A stretch of 64,000 nt of DNA from Toensbergia leucococca (taxonomy: Eukaryota). The DNA is taken from the NCBI GenBank assembly GCA_022813965.1, contig JALDZS010000045.1, positions 62,001-126,000 on the forward strand, in the 5' to 3' direction. Position 1 is the stretch's first letter. The number at the start of each line of letters is the position of its first letter. Made by a program: the position numbers and the translations under genes. Under the pieces are notes generated by a model that made no database searches, was not told the DNA's origin, and saw only the letters and a list, made by a program, of their open reading frames with translations. Below, piece after piece: positions 25,026 to 38,447 of the stretch.

Positions 25026-25524
25026 GATGGGGAGATGCCGCAGAAGATGAGACGGATGAATTCGTGGGTATTTGGGAGTGGAGGATTGATTGAGGGTTTT
25101 TAAGGTATGTTGTAGGGAAGGAGAAGTGATATGGACACGAAGGATTGCAGTCACGCCGTGCCGAGGTTCGGAGGAGGGAGGGCGGAGGGGCAGGTTCCTG
25201 AAGTCACTCTTCTTTATCATCAACTAACGTTGAATTACAATATACACCGGATGATTAGATCAAACAACGAATATACCTTAGCTGTGTGTGTCAATATCGA
25301 GCACCACCACTTATTTCGTATAAGTCTTGCTCTTGAATCTATCAAGAAGCCGCTTTCCGCAACTTGATCGGGTTCAAGCCCTAATTACGGATAAGGGGTG
25401 ATATAAACAAGAACGCTTGATGTAGCCACCAGCATCAAGCTTCTATATAGCCAGCCCCTGCGCCGTTGTTCCCTCTGCCGACCCTATCATAACGACGCTT
25501 TGTACTTTTTGTCACTATCGGACG

Positions 25525-27571
25525 TCAACATATTCGTACCCCACAGCACTCTACTCTTCGTCCCTGTACTTCCGATTTCCGTCCCCAATACAATTCTATC
25601 AACTCTTGTACAAACCTCCTATCCCCCTCACTCCACGTGTCTAGACCCATCCTGGCTATATCTTCATTTTTAATGAAAATCTTATCTCCTGCTTCATCAT
25701 TCGTACCCTGCTGTTCGTCTCCTTGAGCGACATCGTCAGAGGCTTCCACCAAGTCAGTCAATGTTTTGAATATCAGAGTCGTGAGTCGATGAAAGTAAGC
25801 AATCATGGCCATTTCTACACCCACTGGCGCCATGCTTCCCGATCTCGGTCTTGATCTTGGACGGCCGGGTGAAGCGTCTTGTAGGTCAGTGAAACCGTGC
25901 AAGAGTGCGGCATCATATTCACTTTCTTCATCCAGATCTGTACGCTGTTCACCAGCTGATGCCCACCACATGAAGGAGGAATAAGCCAAGGCTGACCAAG
26001 AAAGGGGCTCGACGAGCTTTTCGTCACTGGTGGAGGAAGCGTCGTCGAATGTTTCTTGGGCATTCTCAACAGGAAGAAGAACGGTCTGCTCGTCCATGCC
26101 GGCATTGGTACTCAAGGGTACACTGTAGGGTGATTGGCCTCGACTCCTTCCTGGGAAGCGATGGAGACCTCTCCGTAATGTTCGATAACGTCTGAGATCG
26201 CGCTGAGTGGCCTTTATATCGGTCCCTGGCTCCATTGTCACTTTTGGCCATACTTTCTCCACGGCTTGTTCCGTGTAGGATGGAGGTATGGTGACTAGGA
26301 TGTCATAAAGGTCTGCTTTCATGGCAAGAATGTCATCCGTGGTACATGCTACCCAACCATAGCCCGTATCATCCATGAAAGCATCTTTTCCCTTCCCGTT
26401 ACTGCGAGATCCTTGCATTAGAGTATAAATGTCATGTACGCCTACCGAGAAAAGAGCTTCAAGACGCGCGGGAAGCGGTTCGAGGGGTATGAGGTCAGAG
26501 ATGGAGCTGGGAATACTGGAAAGGATGGAAAGATCATACGCTATATGCTTTTAGTTTGGTACAATGACAGATAGACTCAGACCAAACGGGCTAACCATAA
26601 TTGCAAGCGAGTTCAACAGGTGCCTGTGTGAGCAATAGTATGCGCTTCCGTAGCAAAGCTGCCTTGTACAGTGGAAAAATCAAAGGTCCGAAAGTGTCCA
26701 AGAAGCTAGGAAGCGATAGTGCGGGATGATACGGTGATAGTTGCTGTCCTGAAGGTACAAGGCCTGAGGCTGTCGAGAGAGTTCGATCGCGGGTGTGACG
26801 AGCAACGGGTTCATTTGGAGAGCGAAGTTCCCGAGCTTTTCTCAGTCCATCGTCTTCTTGAGAACGATCAGATTCCTGTACATCATCCTCATTTTGACAA
26901 CTGTGGGCACTCCAGAAGTCCTCGAGCGGTCGAGTTTCTGTATAATTTTGAACAAGCTCCCTAATGTTTGCGCCGGATTAATTTCCAGCTTCGATAGACT
27001 CGATTGAGGAGCTTATACAATGCCAACTCCTTCAATCCCTCTGCGTGTTTCCAGCTCCGGCCTAGTCGTCCATCACTAAGCGGTACCAATGCGCCAACGG
27101 CGAGCATCAGCGCATTGCGCTCTGATTCGGCAGCGGGTTTGTTTATGAAGGCGCTGATTCCAGCATATTCGTTGTCATGAACAAAGTATCTAAAACGATG
27201 AGCTGATGTAGTCGAGTAGTATTGTGATGGACGTACATAAGGTCTTCTGAGATGTTGTGGAGTCCGGACGGTAGAGATTTGAACTCGACGCTGTCGGCGA
27301 GCTGGACTGATGGTCAAATCAGCACAAGGCCGAAAGACTTGTGAGTACTCGGCTTACGTACGTCCAGGTATGTGTCTTTTCCAAGCTATCGTATATCTAT
27401 GTTGATGCTACTTAGCATTTGGACACTCAACTGTGGCATTGAAGAAGCCTACCCAGCTTTGACATCAAAGTGGACGAGAAACAAGGCAGCGATGGGTGGC
27501 AGTTCGTCGAGAGGTGTGTTGGGAAGGTCGAGATGTAATGAGTGGCCTCGCCGTCTTTTAGCTGTTGTCAT
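25525..27571 (-). CDS. DENN-family Anr2/LCHN(DENND11)-like protein (DUF2347 + DUF4484)
   Basis: LFLVHFDVKAG|YTIAW, VEFKSLPSGLH..DLI|YFVH..YAGISAF, GRLGRSW.H, FGPLIFPL.KAALLRKRIL, GWVACTTD.IL and FMWWASAGE. Confidence 0.88.
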
Positions 27572-27872
27572 TGTGGTGTGTCGACGGTGAAGATACGGAT
27601 ATTATATATTTAATTTGGACAAAATGTGTAGAATATTCTTCGTAGAATATCCGTACGAGTAGGAACGTCACCTGGCGCTAAAAGCAACGTACGCTCGAAC
27701 TATTTACTCTTCTACAGTTTACGTGCCACAATAATTACCTTACGCCGCGTTAATCAATCATACTTCTAGATCCAGCAAATGCACCAACAAGATCAGATGT
27801 TACACATCTTGACGTTACTGTACAGCCTCAACTTTCAAATTCTACGGCTCGCCTGCTACGATCAAGACTTAA

Positions 27873-27983
27873 CCTCCTCCTCCTCCTCCTCCTCCTCCTC
27901 CTCCTTCTTTTCCTTTTCCTTTTCTTTTTCCTTTTCGTTTTCCTCCTCTTCCTCCCCTCCCTTCTCTTCCTCCTCCTCCTCCC
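27873..27983. repeat. (CCT)n/(TTTTCC)n polypyrimidine microsatellite (poly-E/EK on the minus strand)
   Basis: Directly visible repeats. Confidence 0.85.
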
Positions 27984-28215
27984 TGTACATTGATAGCTGT
28001 GCCAGACTAGCTCTAGTGGCAACGGCAGGACTACTAGCAATAGTGCAGAGAGGTTTGGCAGCGTCTGTTCTCGTACCTGTCAAGGTCGAGTTGCTCTAGA
28101 TCTGCGAAGAACTGGAGGCAGTGACTCGTCTAAGTCTTGTTATGGTCATTGGACCTCTTCGACTGCTGGGGCATATCCAAAATGAGGGGATGAATTTCGT
28201 GAGCCAATATTGAAG

Positions 28216-31137
28216 TCATACGTCGGATGCATCTGAGAAGACTACTCCGCAATCGAATCCACCCAATTGAGGCGCATTGAATGACACTCTGCTATCACTG
28301 GTAATGTTGTTAGTTCGCGTTTCATACTTCCTTCCCTCGAACGCCATGCAGAATAAGAGGTGCTTACTGCCGCGCTTTCTGCGGTGCCGTTTGTTTGAAC
28401 TTTGTCATGATAACTTTACCTTTCATGTCGATTGCAAGCAGACGTGTTCCGGTGGGATCGAAGCGTATACAACTGCTCGAAGGGTTGGCTTGACTGCACA
28501 AAGAAGCCTCCAATTCGAGCGGATTCTCCTGTTTGCTGCATAGGCCGCCTCGGTCATGAGGTGCTAATGGAAGAAGCATGATCTTTCCAGTCCTCTCAAG
28601 CACTGCAGCAAGGTTGGCTTGTATGGGTACAGCACCAGCCACCAAGGCGAGTCGATGCTTTAGCTGTTCAAAGCAGTGGGTTACGTTGCTTGAGATGGGC
28701 ATTGATGGAGAGCCTACAGGAGCTATGAAAGACCATTCGCCTTTATTTCTCCATCGCTCGCTAGATGGAGATGTTGTACAAAGGACATAGTCCTTCTCTG
28801 TTGATGACTTCAGCAACGCGACCGAAGTTATCCCTTCGGCTTCTGTTTCCTAGAAGTGTCTCTGTTAGCTTTCTTCGCCTGTGGTGACATATCTCAGGCA
28901 ATTCCAAAGGGAGAGGTTCTTACAGCAGTATACTTGTTTAGAATCTCGAAAGGCTTTGGGTTTGGTGAGGACTCGTCATCTGTCGTCCATATCAAGACAC
29001 TGTTCCGAACCCCTGTGACGCAAGCAAATGTCTTCCCATTGGTGCCAAAGGCGATAGTCTTAGGACAATCTTGGCTAATTATCCTACAAGGACCAACCTC
29101 TTGTATCCTCCCCTTCACATCATCTATCTGGCGCTTGTAGATTTTAATTCGCCCTTCGATTTTGCCGTCGCTGTTGCGCCGTCGTTCTCCAGCTAGTATC
29201 AGAAGATGGTCCTCCGATTCATGTAAGGCGAGGCCGCTAGGATCCCATTTGGTATTACCCAGGCTGGCTAATGCATCTGTATGTTTGCTTCCCAAGCCAT
29301 AGTTGAAGATTGTCAAGCTTTCATTGGTTCTAGTCACCACAAACCTTCTTGAAAGCGCCACTTCTCGCAGCTTTGTCTTGCTGTCGTATTTCTTCTCGAA
29401 CACCAATGCTGTACGCAGATCATCAGCGGTGGCGAACGAGTGAACGCAAACAAACTTCTCGTTGAAGAAATATGCGGATGAGCAATCGTTAGAGAGTCCA
29501 GCCACTGAATATTTCCGAGAGAGTGGGATTTGAGATGTTTGAGGGAATCCTTCGCGTTGGTGTTCTACAGCAGGACTTTCATTCCACTTTGAATTGCTGC
29601 CTGCCCTGATCGATTTACTCGATTCTGTGGAAGTACTCAAAGATCCTAGCCTTGACGCTGTGACAAGCGATGTTGATCCAGGAAGTGGTGGGCTTACAGA
29701 ACCAGAAGCAGCTGATCCTGGGTCATTCTTGCTTGACTTTATATGAACATCGGGTAGAAAACATACCGCCAGAAAGCCTTCGACCTTTGAATAACTCACT
29801 ATCATTCGAGCCTCGTCGTCCAAACTCTTCTTCCTCCAAGCACTCTCTTACGACATCAATCTCCTGACAGATTTGAGACCCTTGGCCTGCCGAAACCTGT
29901 CGAGCTTCATTCAGTAAGGATCCATATTGACTGTCGCGTGTTTCTTTTGAAGCCATTAGGACTTCAATCTAGCCACGAAAGTAAGCTACATCAGTTTTGA
30001 TCGAACAAGAGGCCCAAAGCAGTGCTCAGGACGGAGACTGACAGCTTTCCAGCGGAATTGGGCAACATCAGATTTCAAAATTAATCCTGTCATCATCGAC
30101 CTTAGCCCGGACGAGAAATCATCAGGAAGCATGATCCTCCCGAGCTGCGCTACACAGTCCAGTAAGCCGTACAGTTGAAAATATCTGTCCAGTCCTGGTG
30201 GTGGTCTGTTGAAGGCTGCCAAGCAGTTTTCCCAGTAAGTCTGCATTACTGACGGAGGCGATATTGATCCAAGCTTGCTGTCTTCCTTCAACTTATTGAA
30301 TAATTCCAGCAAGACTCGTCTTGCAAGGTCTTTGGACGCCTCCAGTTCATCATTATTTGAAGTCTGCCTCGCAGCCCTCGCTTTGAAATGAATTGTCGTA
30401 GTAATCCGAGTGAGTTCCTGTAGACCCAGGAGGGCCTGGTACCTGGTTTGTGGTGCCTGCCAAAGTCTACTGATGGTATTTAGGCTTTCGCAAAGGCTTT
30501 GCGGGCTCCACTGTCCGCCAGCCTACGGCAAGTGAGCGTCTATAAGTCTGGCTACAAGCCTATATATGAAGCTTACTATTGAGAGTCCTGCGAAAAAGAG
30601 TTTGAAGACGGGAAACAGAATTGAGACTACTCGGGGCTCGGCTCGCCGGATGGGTTTGGCATACTCCAAAGCAAGCCGGATGAGATAGGAACAGGCAGCT
30701 TTACGGATGCCATCTTGATTTATCTGTCCTGATATGTTTGACTGGAAAACCACCTCCCGGAATCGAGAATTGATGTTTCCGTGCAAAGCGTCCCAGAACT
30801 CAACACTCAAAGTGTGAGCTTTACTATAGCGAAGCAAGGCAAGGGCGGACAGCAAAGCTCGAAATTGGAGCTCACGTTGCAGAGGCGAGTCAGCGTTTTC
30901 GTAAGCAATCAAGGAGTCAGAAAGATGGAGGATTCGAGTCTTCAGCTCTTCGGCGGAGATTTCGCTCTGCGCGGACTCGGATCCGCCATTTCTCGAGCGA
31001 TGTAAACATTCCTCGTCCAATCTGCGACGTAGTAGAAGTAGGTCGGATTGTTTTATCTCTTGCTGTCTGGCGCTTGGCTGCCGTTCTGAAGCATCTTCGG
31101 TCGAATCCGAGGTGTTGTGCCCCGAGGAAAAGCTCAT
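28216..31137 (-). CDS. Uncharacterised multi-exon protein with helical N-terminal region and probable WD40-like beta-propeller C-terminus
   Basis: Five ORFs join in frame via GT-AG introns (AGLSI|AGGQW, FRWKA|IEVLM, RLSG|GSAAS, KYTA|ETEAEG, ARH). The C-half has blade-like strands (VAGLSNDC..AYFF, IAFGTNGKTFACVT..VLIW, IRFDPTGTRLLAID.KG). The 3' end is uncertain. Confidence 0.7.
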
Positions 31138-31602
31138 CGCGCACGCCAGAGGCACAATTGCTTCGTTGCACAATCCGCAAGGGGTGCTGACTAAATACTA
31201 TTGAGGGAACACAGTGGAGCCGAGTCCTCATAAGCTTGTCAATTGTCACTCGCTCTTGACATGCGATAAGCCTCCTCTGGCGCATGATTAGCGTATCGCA
31301 AGCTTCGAGTGGTTGTTTTGGGTGCCTAAACACCCCTAGATGCACCTTTGCGGCAAGGGTGGTGAGGGTGCCATGTCTTTGATATGGCGGGAGACAAGAT
31401 TGGTTGATAAAGATGAGGCGCCGTTGGTTCCTTGGCATGGCTTTCTTCAGCCTCGTGCAGTGCAGCGACTGTAGCCGATCACAAGCTTGCCTACAGCGAC
31501 GCCCCAAAGAGATCAGACTCATATAAGTGGCGAGGTAGTGTCTCTCATGTTGGGGAAGAGGGTCTCTTGCTTGCCCCGTTGATTGATAATCGAGCGGTGG
31601 AA

Positions 31603-33981
31603 ATGGCCCCGAATGACACTGCTACACCCTTCGGCCATTATGTTCTCGACATGGGCGTCATGGAGACGAACTCAATGTCGAGTGCGTCGCAAAGAGAAGA
31701 GGCGGAAGGAGAGAGCGGCGACACTGTTCTGGGCTGGCTCCAACATGAGATATTTCGCAAGGACTGCCTTGACCGAAGGCTTAAGCGGCACCATATCACC
31801 GGTAATGTCCTTTCTGCCTCTCATTGTAAGCCGCGAACGATTGATATGTTTTGGCGCAAAAGGAATTGGATTCTCCGGAGCGGTCGGTATCGGCCTTTTT
31901 GTGAGTTCAGGGGAAAACATTGCCACAGCGGGACCAGCAGGAGCCTTCATCGCATTTTGCTTTGCTGGTCTGATTGTCTTCTCTGTTATGCGATGTCTTG
32001 CGGAGATGGTATCGGTACGCCCAATGAAGGGTGCGCTGATTGACTTTCCCTCTGTGTTCGTTGATGAAGCACTTGGCTTTGCTGTTGGAATATCATATTG
32101 GTGAGAAGTTTGGAGCCGCAAGGCTCTATCGAGTCATACTAACCATCATTAAGGCTGGCAAATTGCATGAGCATGGTGGCATTGATAGTTACTGCGTCCA
32201 TGCTTACTCAGTACTGGGAATCAAGTTTACCTATCGGATGGGCCTGTTTAATTATACTCACTACCATTTTCATGTTGAATGTGTGTGGTGTACGGGTCGG
32301 TGAGGTCTGCAGTAAAGCAAAAGATCCTGATATTGACAATGGTTCAGCTTTACGGGAATTTGGAATGGATGTTTAAATGGCTCAAAATCATGCTCCTTGT
32401 TGCTTTGTGTATTCTCATGATTGCAGTCAAGGCCGGTGGTGAGTTTGATATCAATCCAGCTTGTTATGGTCAATTGAAGCTGACAATACGCAGTGGGACC
32501 TGGAAAAACTATTACAGGCAAGTGGATTCGTCGTCGTACAAGGACCTTATTAATCTCAATAGTAGATTGGGATATAGCGCCAGGTTGGAATTCAACAGGG
32601 TTTTTCGCTCAACCCGACTCGGAAGATATTTCTATTCATATAGATATTCCAGGTACATGGGGAAAGATTCTTGCCATTTGGTGAGTGCTTTCGTCTCAAC
32701 ATTTAGCTGGAAGAATGTTGCTAACGTTGCCCTCTAGGACCTGTACAACGGTGGCAATGTTCCAATTCATGGGTGGTGATATTGTCCTAGTGACTGCCGG
32801 TGAAGCGGAATCGCCACGAAGGGACCTGCCAACGGCAGCTCGATATATGTACCTCTTGCCCGTCGGCTTCTACATGATCTCGATCCTCCTGGTGGGCTTG
32901 AATATTGACTATACTGACCCTCTCTTATATCACGATCATGTGCAAGCCGGATACGTGACTGGCGCAGACTCGCCATTCGTCATCGCCATTGAGCATGCTG
33001 GGCTACGCGTACTCCCTGGATTTCTCAACTCCTGCTTTATATTCTCGGCTCTGACGGCAGCGTAAGTCCATCATCCCAGCTTCCTTTGATTCTATTACGG
33101 GCGAGCTAAACCTCACTGTCTAGCAATTCAGCTCTGTATGTGACAAGTCGCACTCTCTTTGTCCTTTCCCGGAGTAGCAGGTATTCCGTGATTAGGAACA
33201 CGCTTGCAAGAACCAACAATGGCAATACTCCAATAGCTGCCATTGTTATCAACTTCGTTCCCGGGTTGCTGGCGTTTCTATGTGTCAAAGCGGGACGTCC
33301 ATCTTTCGATGAGGTAGGCTTGGAACGTTTGGATGAGTAAAGTCTTCTCGGATCGCTGACTTTAATTCCAGCCGATACGTGTCTTTGGTCGCTTTTACAC
33401 AGGCTCCATGCTGTGCATTTATGGGAGTGAATGTCTCGCTTTCCTCCGATTCATGGGCGGGTGAGTATGCAACTACAGTCCCATCTGGCACGCCTCATTT
33501 ATTGACATGAAGACAGCATGAAACAGTATCGCGGAGTGATAAATCGTGATGGCGAATACTATAAACAAAACCACTACCGAGCCCACTGGCAGCCTTTATG
33601 GGCTATCATTGGATTATTTGCTTGTTCCCTACTTATGATATTTAGTGGATGGTCAGCCATATACAATCTTTGCAGTCAGTCTGAAATCATCAGTACGGGA
33701 TCTTCGATCGTGGATTTGATTGCGGCCTATCTTGGGGTATGTAAAGTTGCTTTCACCTTTTGATTTTCATTTGCTTCTACTAACCATCACTACAGCCAGC
33801 CATGTTTTTCTGCATATATTTTGGATATAAGGCACTTTACGGCACAAGGATTCGATCGTACTCGGAATTCAAAGATAAGTGGTTTCCTAGAGACATACCG
33901 GATGAGCCGGAGACGGAGGTATCTTTTGAGAGGAAGAAGACGACTTATTCCATTCGCGGATTCTTGAGTTGGGTCAAGTAG
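31603..33981 (+). CDS. Amino acid permease (APC/YAT family), divergent, many introns
   Basis: RRLKRHHITG|IGFSGAVGIGLF..AGPAG, LAEMVSVRP, FVDEALGFAVG, YGNLEW.FKWLKI, VTAGEA..PRRDLP, SPFVIA and SRTLF. Stop TAG 33979-33981. Confidence 0.9.
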
Positions 33982-34699
33982 CTATTTTCTTCCGTGTCGA
34001 AGGCATCGAATTTATGTCGTTACAACACATGCTTTGAAATTCACATGCCTTTTATCGTTTCGTTCTAAAGGCATACGGTGTGTCTCCAGCTGAGATACGG
34101 ATCGTCCGATACCATCCATGAAACCCATCCAGCCCAACTTGAAAGATACTGCCACGCGACGATAATTGGAAATGTGCACAGAAGACCATATCCATTCCAG
34201 ACGACTGATCACCTCGAGAGAAATCCTTAGCCCCCCTAATACCTCCCCCATTTCTGCAACTCTGGCCTACTGGGACCTTTGCAAGGGATTAGCCCATACT
34301 TGTTCAGGCAAACGCACACTTCACTCGGTGCCCCGGTCTTATCGTAGCTCCCCTTGAACCAAATCCCTCCATATTGTTTCCAGACACCGAAGGGGACTCC
34401 CACAGTCTCGGGCATGCAGTATTCATAACTTCCACAGCCTACCTACCTACCTTGGCAAATTACAAAATGTTATCCACACCCATATCATCGAGATCATCTT
34501 CATTGCGTTGGGGTACTAGGAAGATGAAAGACTAGCTACTGAACTCACCATAAATCTCAAATCACTCACCCTTGTTTACCGCCAGATCCTTTTTTTTCTC
34601 CTAGGAACGGGCGCCCCAACTTCGTGATTTTTTTTTTTGGCAGCAAGAGAAAGTCCGACTCATCCCGGAATTAATTGCTACTGAAACTAAGATTCTGGA

Positions 34700-36560
34700 T
34701 AATGTAGATACTTGCCCCCCCCCCCCCCCCCCCCCTTCCTCCTCCTTATCTTCTTCTTTGTAAAAAGTATTCTGGCGCCTAGATGGTAGCGTAGAAAAGA
34801 CCCCCCCCCTTGGGCTTTGCTCTTCTAGCTGCTCGACCCTCTCTTGCTGAGGTAAAAGATGGGGTGGTGTTTTTGTTTCTGGTTTTTTTGAGGGGGGGAG
34901 GGAGGGGGGCAGTGCGCTGCTTTTGAGTTGGGAAGAGATATACGGACGATTGGGCTTTGTGTTCCCTGGTTTCGGTTGCTTGGATTTGGGATTTTTGGGG
35001 TATGCGTCTGGATCTTTATCATCTCTTTGCTTTCTTTTTTTTTTTTTTTTTTTTTGGTGGTTGGGGTGTGGGGATTGAGGGGGATCGATAATAGTGGCAG
35101 GTTCGAATGAATGAATGAATGAGCGAGGTGGAGAGTAATCAAGCGACTGAACGAATAAATTGAATGAGCGAGGGTAGAGGGGGCGAATATGAGGGCTGAA
35201 GTTAAGTTACCCACTGCAGTCACTTACAACAGAAACCAAAAAAAACCCCCAAAGCCACAGAATTTCCGGCCGCGAGAAATATTGGGGGGTTTTTGGGTGT
35301 TGTTTTTTTTTGACTTTTGGGGGAGCCTTTGAATTATTTTTTTGTGCGTTGGGCGTTGTTGGGAATTGTGGGTTTAGGGGGTTTTTTTTTTACCGCTTTG
35401 GAGAAGAGGGGTGAGGGTGGGCTGGGGTGACGAGGGGAGGTGAGGGCTGACTGGGTGGGGTGGGAGGTGGGGGAGTGAGGGTTGGTTGGGGTGGGGTGAG
35501 GAGTTGAAAGTGTTTTTTTTGGTGCTGTTGTGAAGGTTTCTTTGTTTTGATGAGGGGGGGTTGGGTGTGTGTTGTGGTTCTGGTTGTTTGGTGGGGTTGA
35601 GGGTTTTTTTTTGTTTCTGGGGTTGGGGCTGGGGAGGAGGAAGGGGGAAGGGGGGGGAAGGGGGGAGAGGGGGGGGGTGATTGAGGTTTTATTTTTATTA
35701 TTTTATTTTTGTCTTTTTTTTTCTTTTGGGGGGGGGGATTGTTGGCTTAGTTGTGAAGGTTTTTTTCATTGTGAGTGTTTGGAGGGGTTTGAGGAAGGTT
35801 GAATGAGGGATGAGGAATGAGGGGATGAGGTGATGAAGGGAAGAATGGAGAAAATGCAAAAAGGCAGATATTCAAAGCACGGGGTATTATCATGACTAGG
35901 CAGGTGTGCGGGTTTTAATTTATTTTTCCTCTCTTTCTCTGTGAAAATTACTAACCTGATGCAATGGAATCATGCGTCAACTTCCCCCACCCCTTTTTAA
36001 AGAAAAAGAAGTGTGAGCTGAGGGTGAGGAGGAGTGTTGAAAGTGAGCTTAAACTGTATCAACAGGTGTGGTGCTTTATTGATTTTTTTTTGAGAGGTGA
36101 AGTTTTTGTTTGTTGGGATGGGGCGGTGTTTTTTGAACCCTATCTGTTTGGGTCTTTTTTGGGGAGATCGTTGGCTGTGAGGCGTTTTCATTTGGGCGGG
36201 TCTGGGTTGGGGGATGTTGGGAATGTGTTGTTTTGTTTTGGGGGAACTGGGTGGTGGGGTGGCGCTTGAGGGGTTTTTGAGATATCGTTTTGTTGGTTCA
36301 TTTTAATGTTCGGGTTTGGTGATTTTTTTGTGGACACGCTTGGGCTCCTTTTTTCGGTTCTTGGTGGTTGGAGTGCGGGTGGTTGGGATGGGTTGGTTCT
36401 TTGGGGGGGTTGCCACTGCATTATGGGAGGCGTTTGGGCTGTGCAATTCTTTTAAATTGGGGATTTAGATTATTTTGTGCCCTGTTGGGGCTTCTGTCTT
36501 ACTTAGGAGGGGGTCTAGGTGTTTGTGTACAATGCTGCGTGGGTAGGGAAAAGGGAAAGA
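34700..36560. repeat. G/T-rich low-complexity tract with poly-C, poly-T and (GAAT)n runs
   Basis: Homopolymers at about 34715-34735 and 35035-35055, with strongly biased composition. Confidence 0.7.
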
Positions 36561-36698
36561 GACGTGTGAAGGTTGCTGAATGGAGCGAAGGATAGGAAAG
36601 CGATGGTTTGAGAATCTTGACTGCCATGATGTGTGAAACCTGCATAGATTTTCTTGGAGGATGGTAAGAGGTAGGTGGTTAGCTAGGAGAACATGACC

Positions 36699-37954
36699 CT
36701 AAGTCGCCGAACGAACATATTTTCCTGCCACGATGCAGTGATCTGAATACAAAGAAAAAGAATCAGCATCATCATCATCATCACAATTCCACGCAGGATC
36801 AAAAACTCACCCCTCTCAAAAGGCTCAAGTGTCAACTGCTCCAACGGCTTAATCCTCTCCTCCCTCATCTTCTGAACCTCCCGCGCAAAAACCGCCTCTG
36901 GCGCTGCCGTACTATCGATACAATTCGCCTTGATACTAACCACCACCCCGCCGCCCACCTTTAGATACATATGCGCATTCAAACCCACAATGCGCGCCTG
37001 ATCGGGTTGCGCCACGTCTGCGAATATCACATCCACCATGGACACTAACATGCGATACTTGAGCGGGTGTCGAGCGTCTTCGATGATTGGAATGACGTTT
37101 GTTCGATGCGTCGCCATGTTGATAAGATCTCGTCCGGAACGGTGCGAAAATTCCACCGCGAATACTGTCCCTGTCGGCCCCACAATGTCGGCGACATGGC
37201 TAACGCTTGTTCCGCTTGCGGCGCCTAGGTAGAGCACTTTGGCGCCGGGGCGGATGAAGATCTCGTCCAGGCCGCCCAGGATGCCGGCTGCGAGTTTGCT
37301 CCGGAAGGGGTTCCAGACGCGGTATTCGGTTTTGGTGGCTGGGGGAGGGGCAGTGTCACCATTTAGTGCGGTGGTGTGGTTGACGGAGTCGGAGCTTTCG
37401 ACGGATATGCGTTTTTCACCATAGACGGATTCGCCTGGAGTGAGGTTTTTGGTCACAAGCATGTCTTCTTTACCGCGGGCGACGAAGACACCTGCGTGGC
37501 GGTGGGGTTCCTATTTTGATGTCAGAACTAGAGATGGGTCTCTTCTGTGGTTTCAGTCTTGGGCAATCTGGGCGTCTGAACGTACTATGATTGTCTTTGC
37601 GCCTCCTTTTGCTCCGAAGCCACCTCGACCTCCTCCTCCTCCACGAGGCGCTCCACGGCCTCGTCCTCGGTCTCCTCCTCGGGGAGCACCACGGCCTCTT
37701 CCTCCACCTCTGCCTCCGCGGTCGCCGAATCCACCACCGCGATCACCGAATCCACCTGCTGCAATTTAGCTCCGGTCGTAGAAATTATTGCGGAGCATAT
37801 AGTAGAGGCGGCGAGAGGCCCATTCAGAGCGCATGCTGTGTCTTGTAGTGGATAGGTTCTTACCCCTCGCCCCACCTCTCCCTCCACCTCTAGGAGCACC
37901 ACGCCCTCCCCCAAAGCTGCCTCTGCCGCCCCGTCCACCTGGGGTATAGGCCAT
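36699..37954 (-). CDS. NOP1: Fibrillarin, rRNA 2'-O-methyltransferase
   Basis: RGG (GAR) N-terminus, [42 protein letters not shown] and [11 protein letters not shown]. Three introns. Confidence 0.98.
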
Positions 37955-38447
37955 GTCTTGGCGGAATGTGAGTTACGACGATGCTAGCTTTGCATCAAGA
38001 CGGTATAGTGATGCTCAAATATCAGAGGGGTCCTGTATGTCGTTGCTGTAGAAAATGCTTTCTAGACAGGCGAAATAGGCGTTCAACCCGTAAAAACCTT
38101 GGTAGAAGCTCTACGCTGCACTAGTGGAACAACGCTTACCCTCATTGGGACTGACTTGGGAAAATCGGCTTGGAGCTTGATTGAGTTGATTGCAGCGAGA
38201 CCATCCCCACTGCAGGTGAGCTATACTCCTTCTCTTGAATGATTCCTGATGTGCAAATTTCAGATTGCTGTGATTTGCGTGTTGAAATGGATGCTCCCTC
38301 GCTCCGTCATTCTCAAAAAGTACTAGCGTAGGGTTTCCACGCACAATCGCTAAGCGAATAATTTCGAAAACTAAACATCATCACCACGACCAAGTATCCT
38401 GACCTTACATCCATCAACCAAACGACCATCGTCTCACCGCAGCTAAG

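Noticed and set aside
27862..28083. Poly-Glu ORF as a final exon of the upstream propeller gene
   Set aside because: Explained by a microsatellite, and no confident splice path connects it
35255..35272. Minus-strand GGAAATTCTGTGG resembling RNase P RNA CR-I
   Set aside because: No complementary CR-V (ACAGATTA-like) or other conserved regions found downstream, and it lies in noisy low-complexity DNA. An Rfam scan would settle it.
37755..37863. snoRNA hosted in NOP1 intron 1
   Set aside because: Only a short GCTCCG/CGGAGC hairpin, with no properly placed C/D or H/ACA boxes
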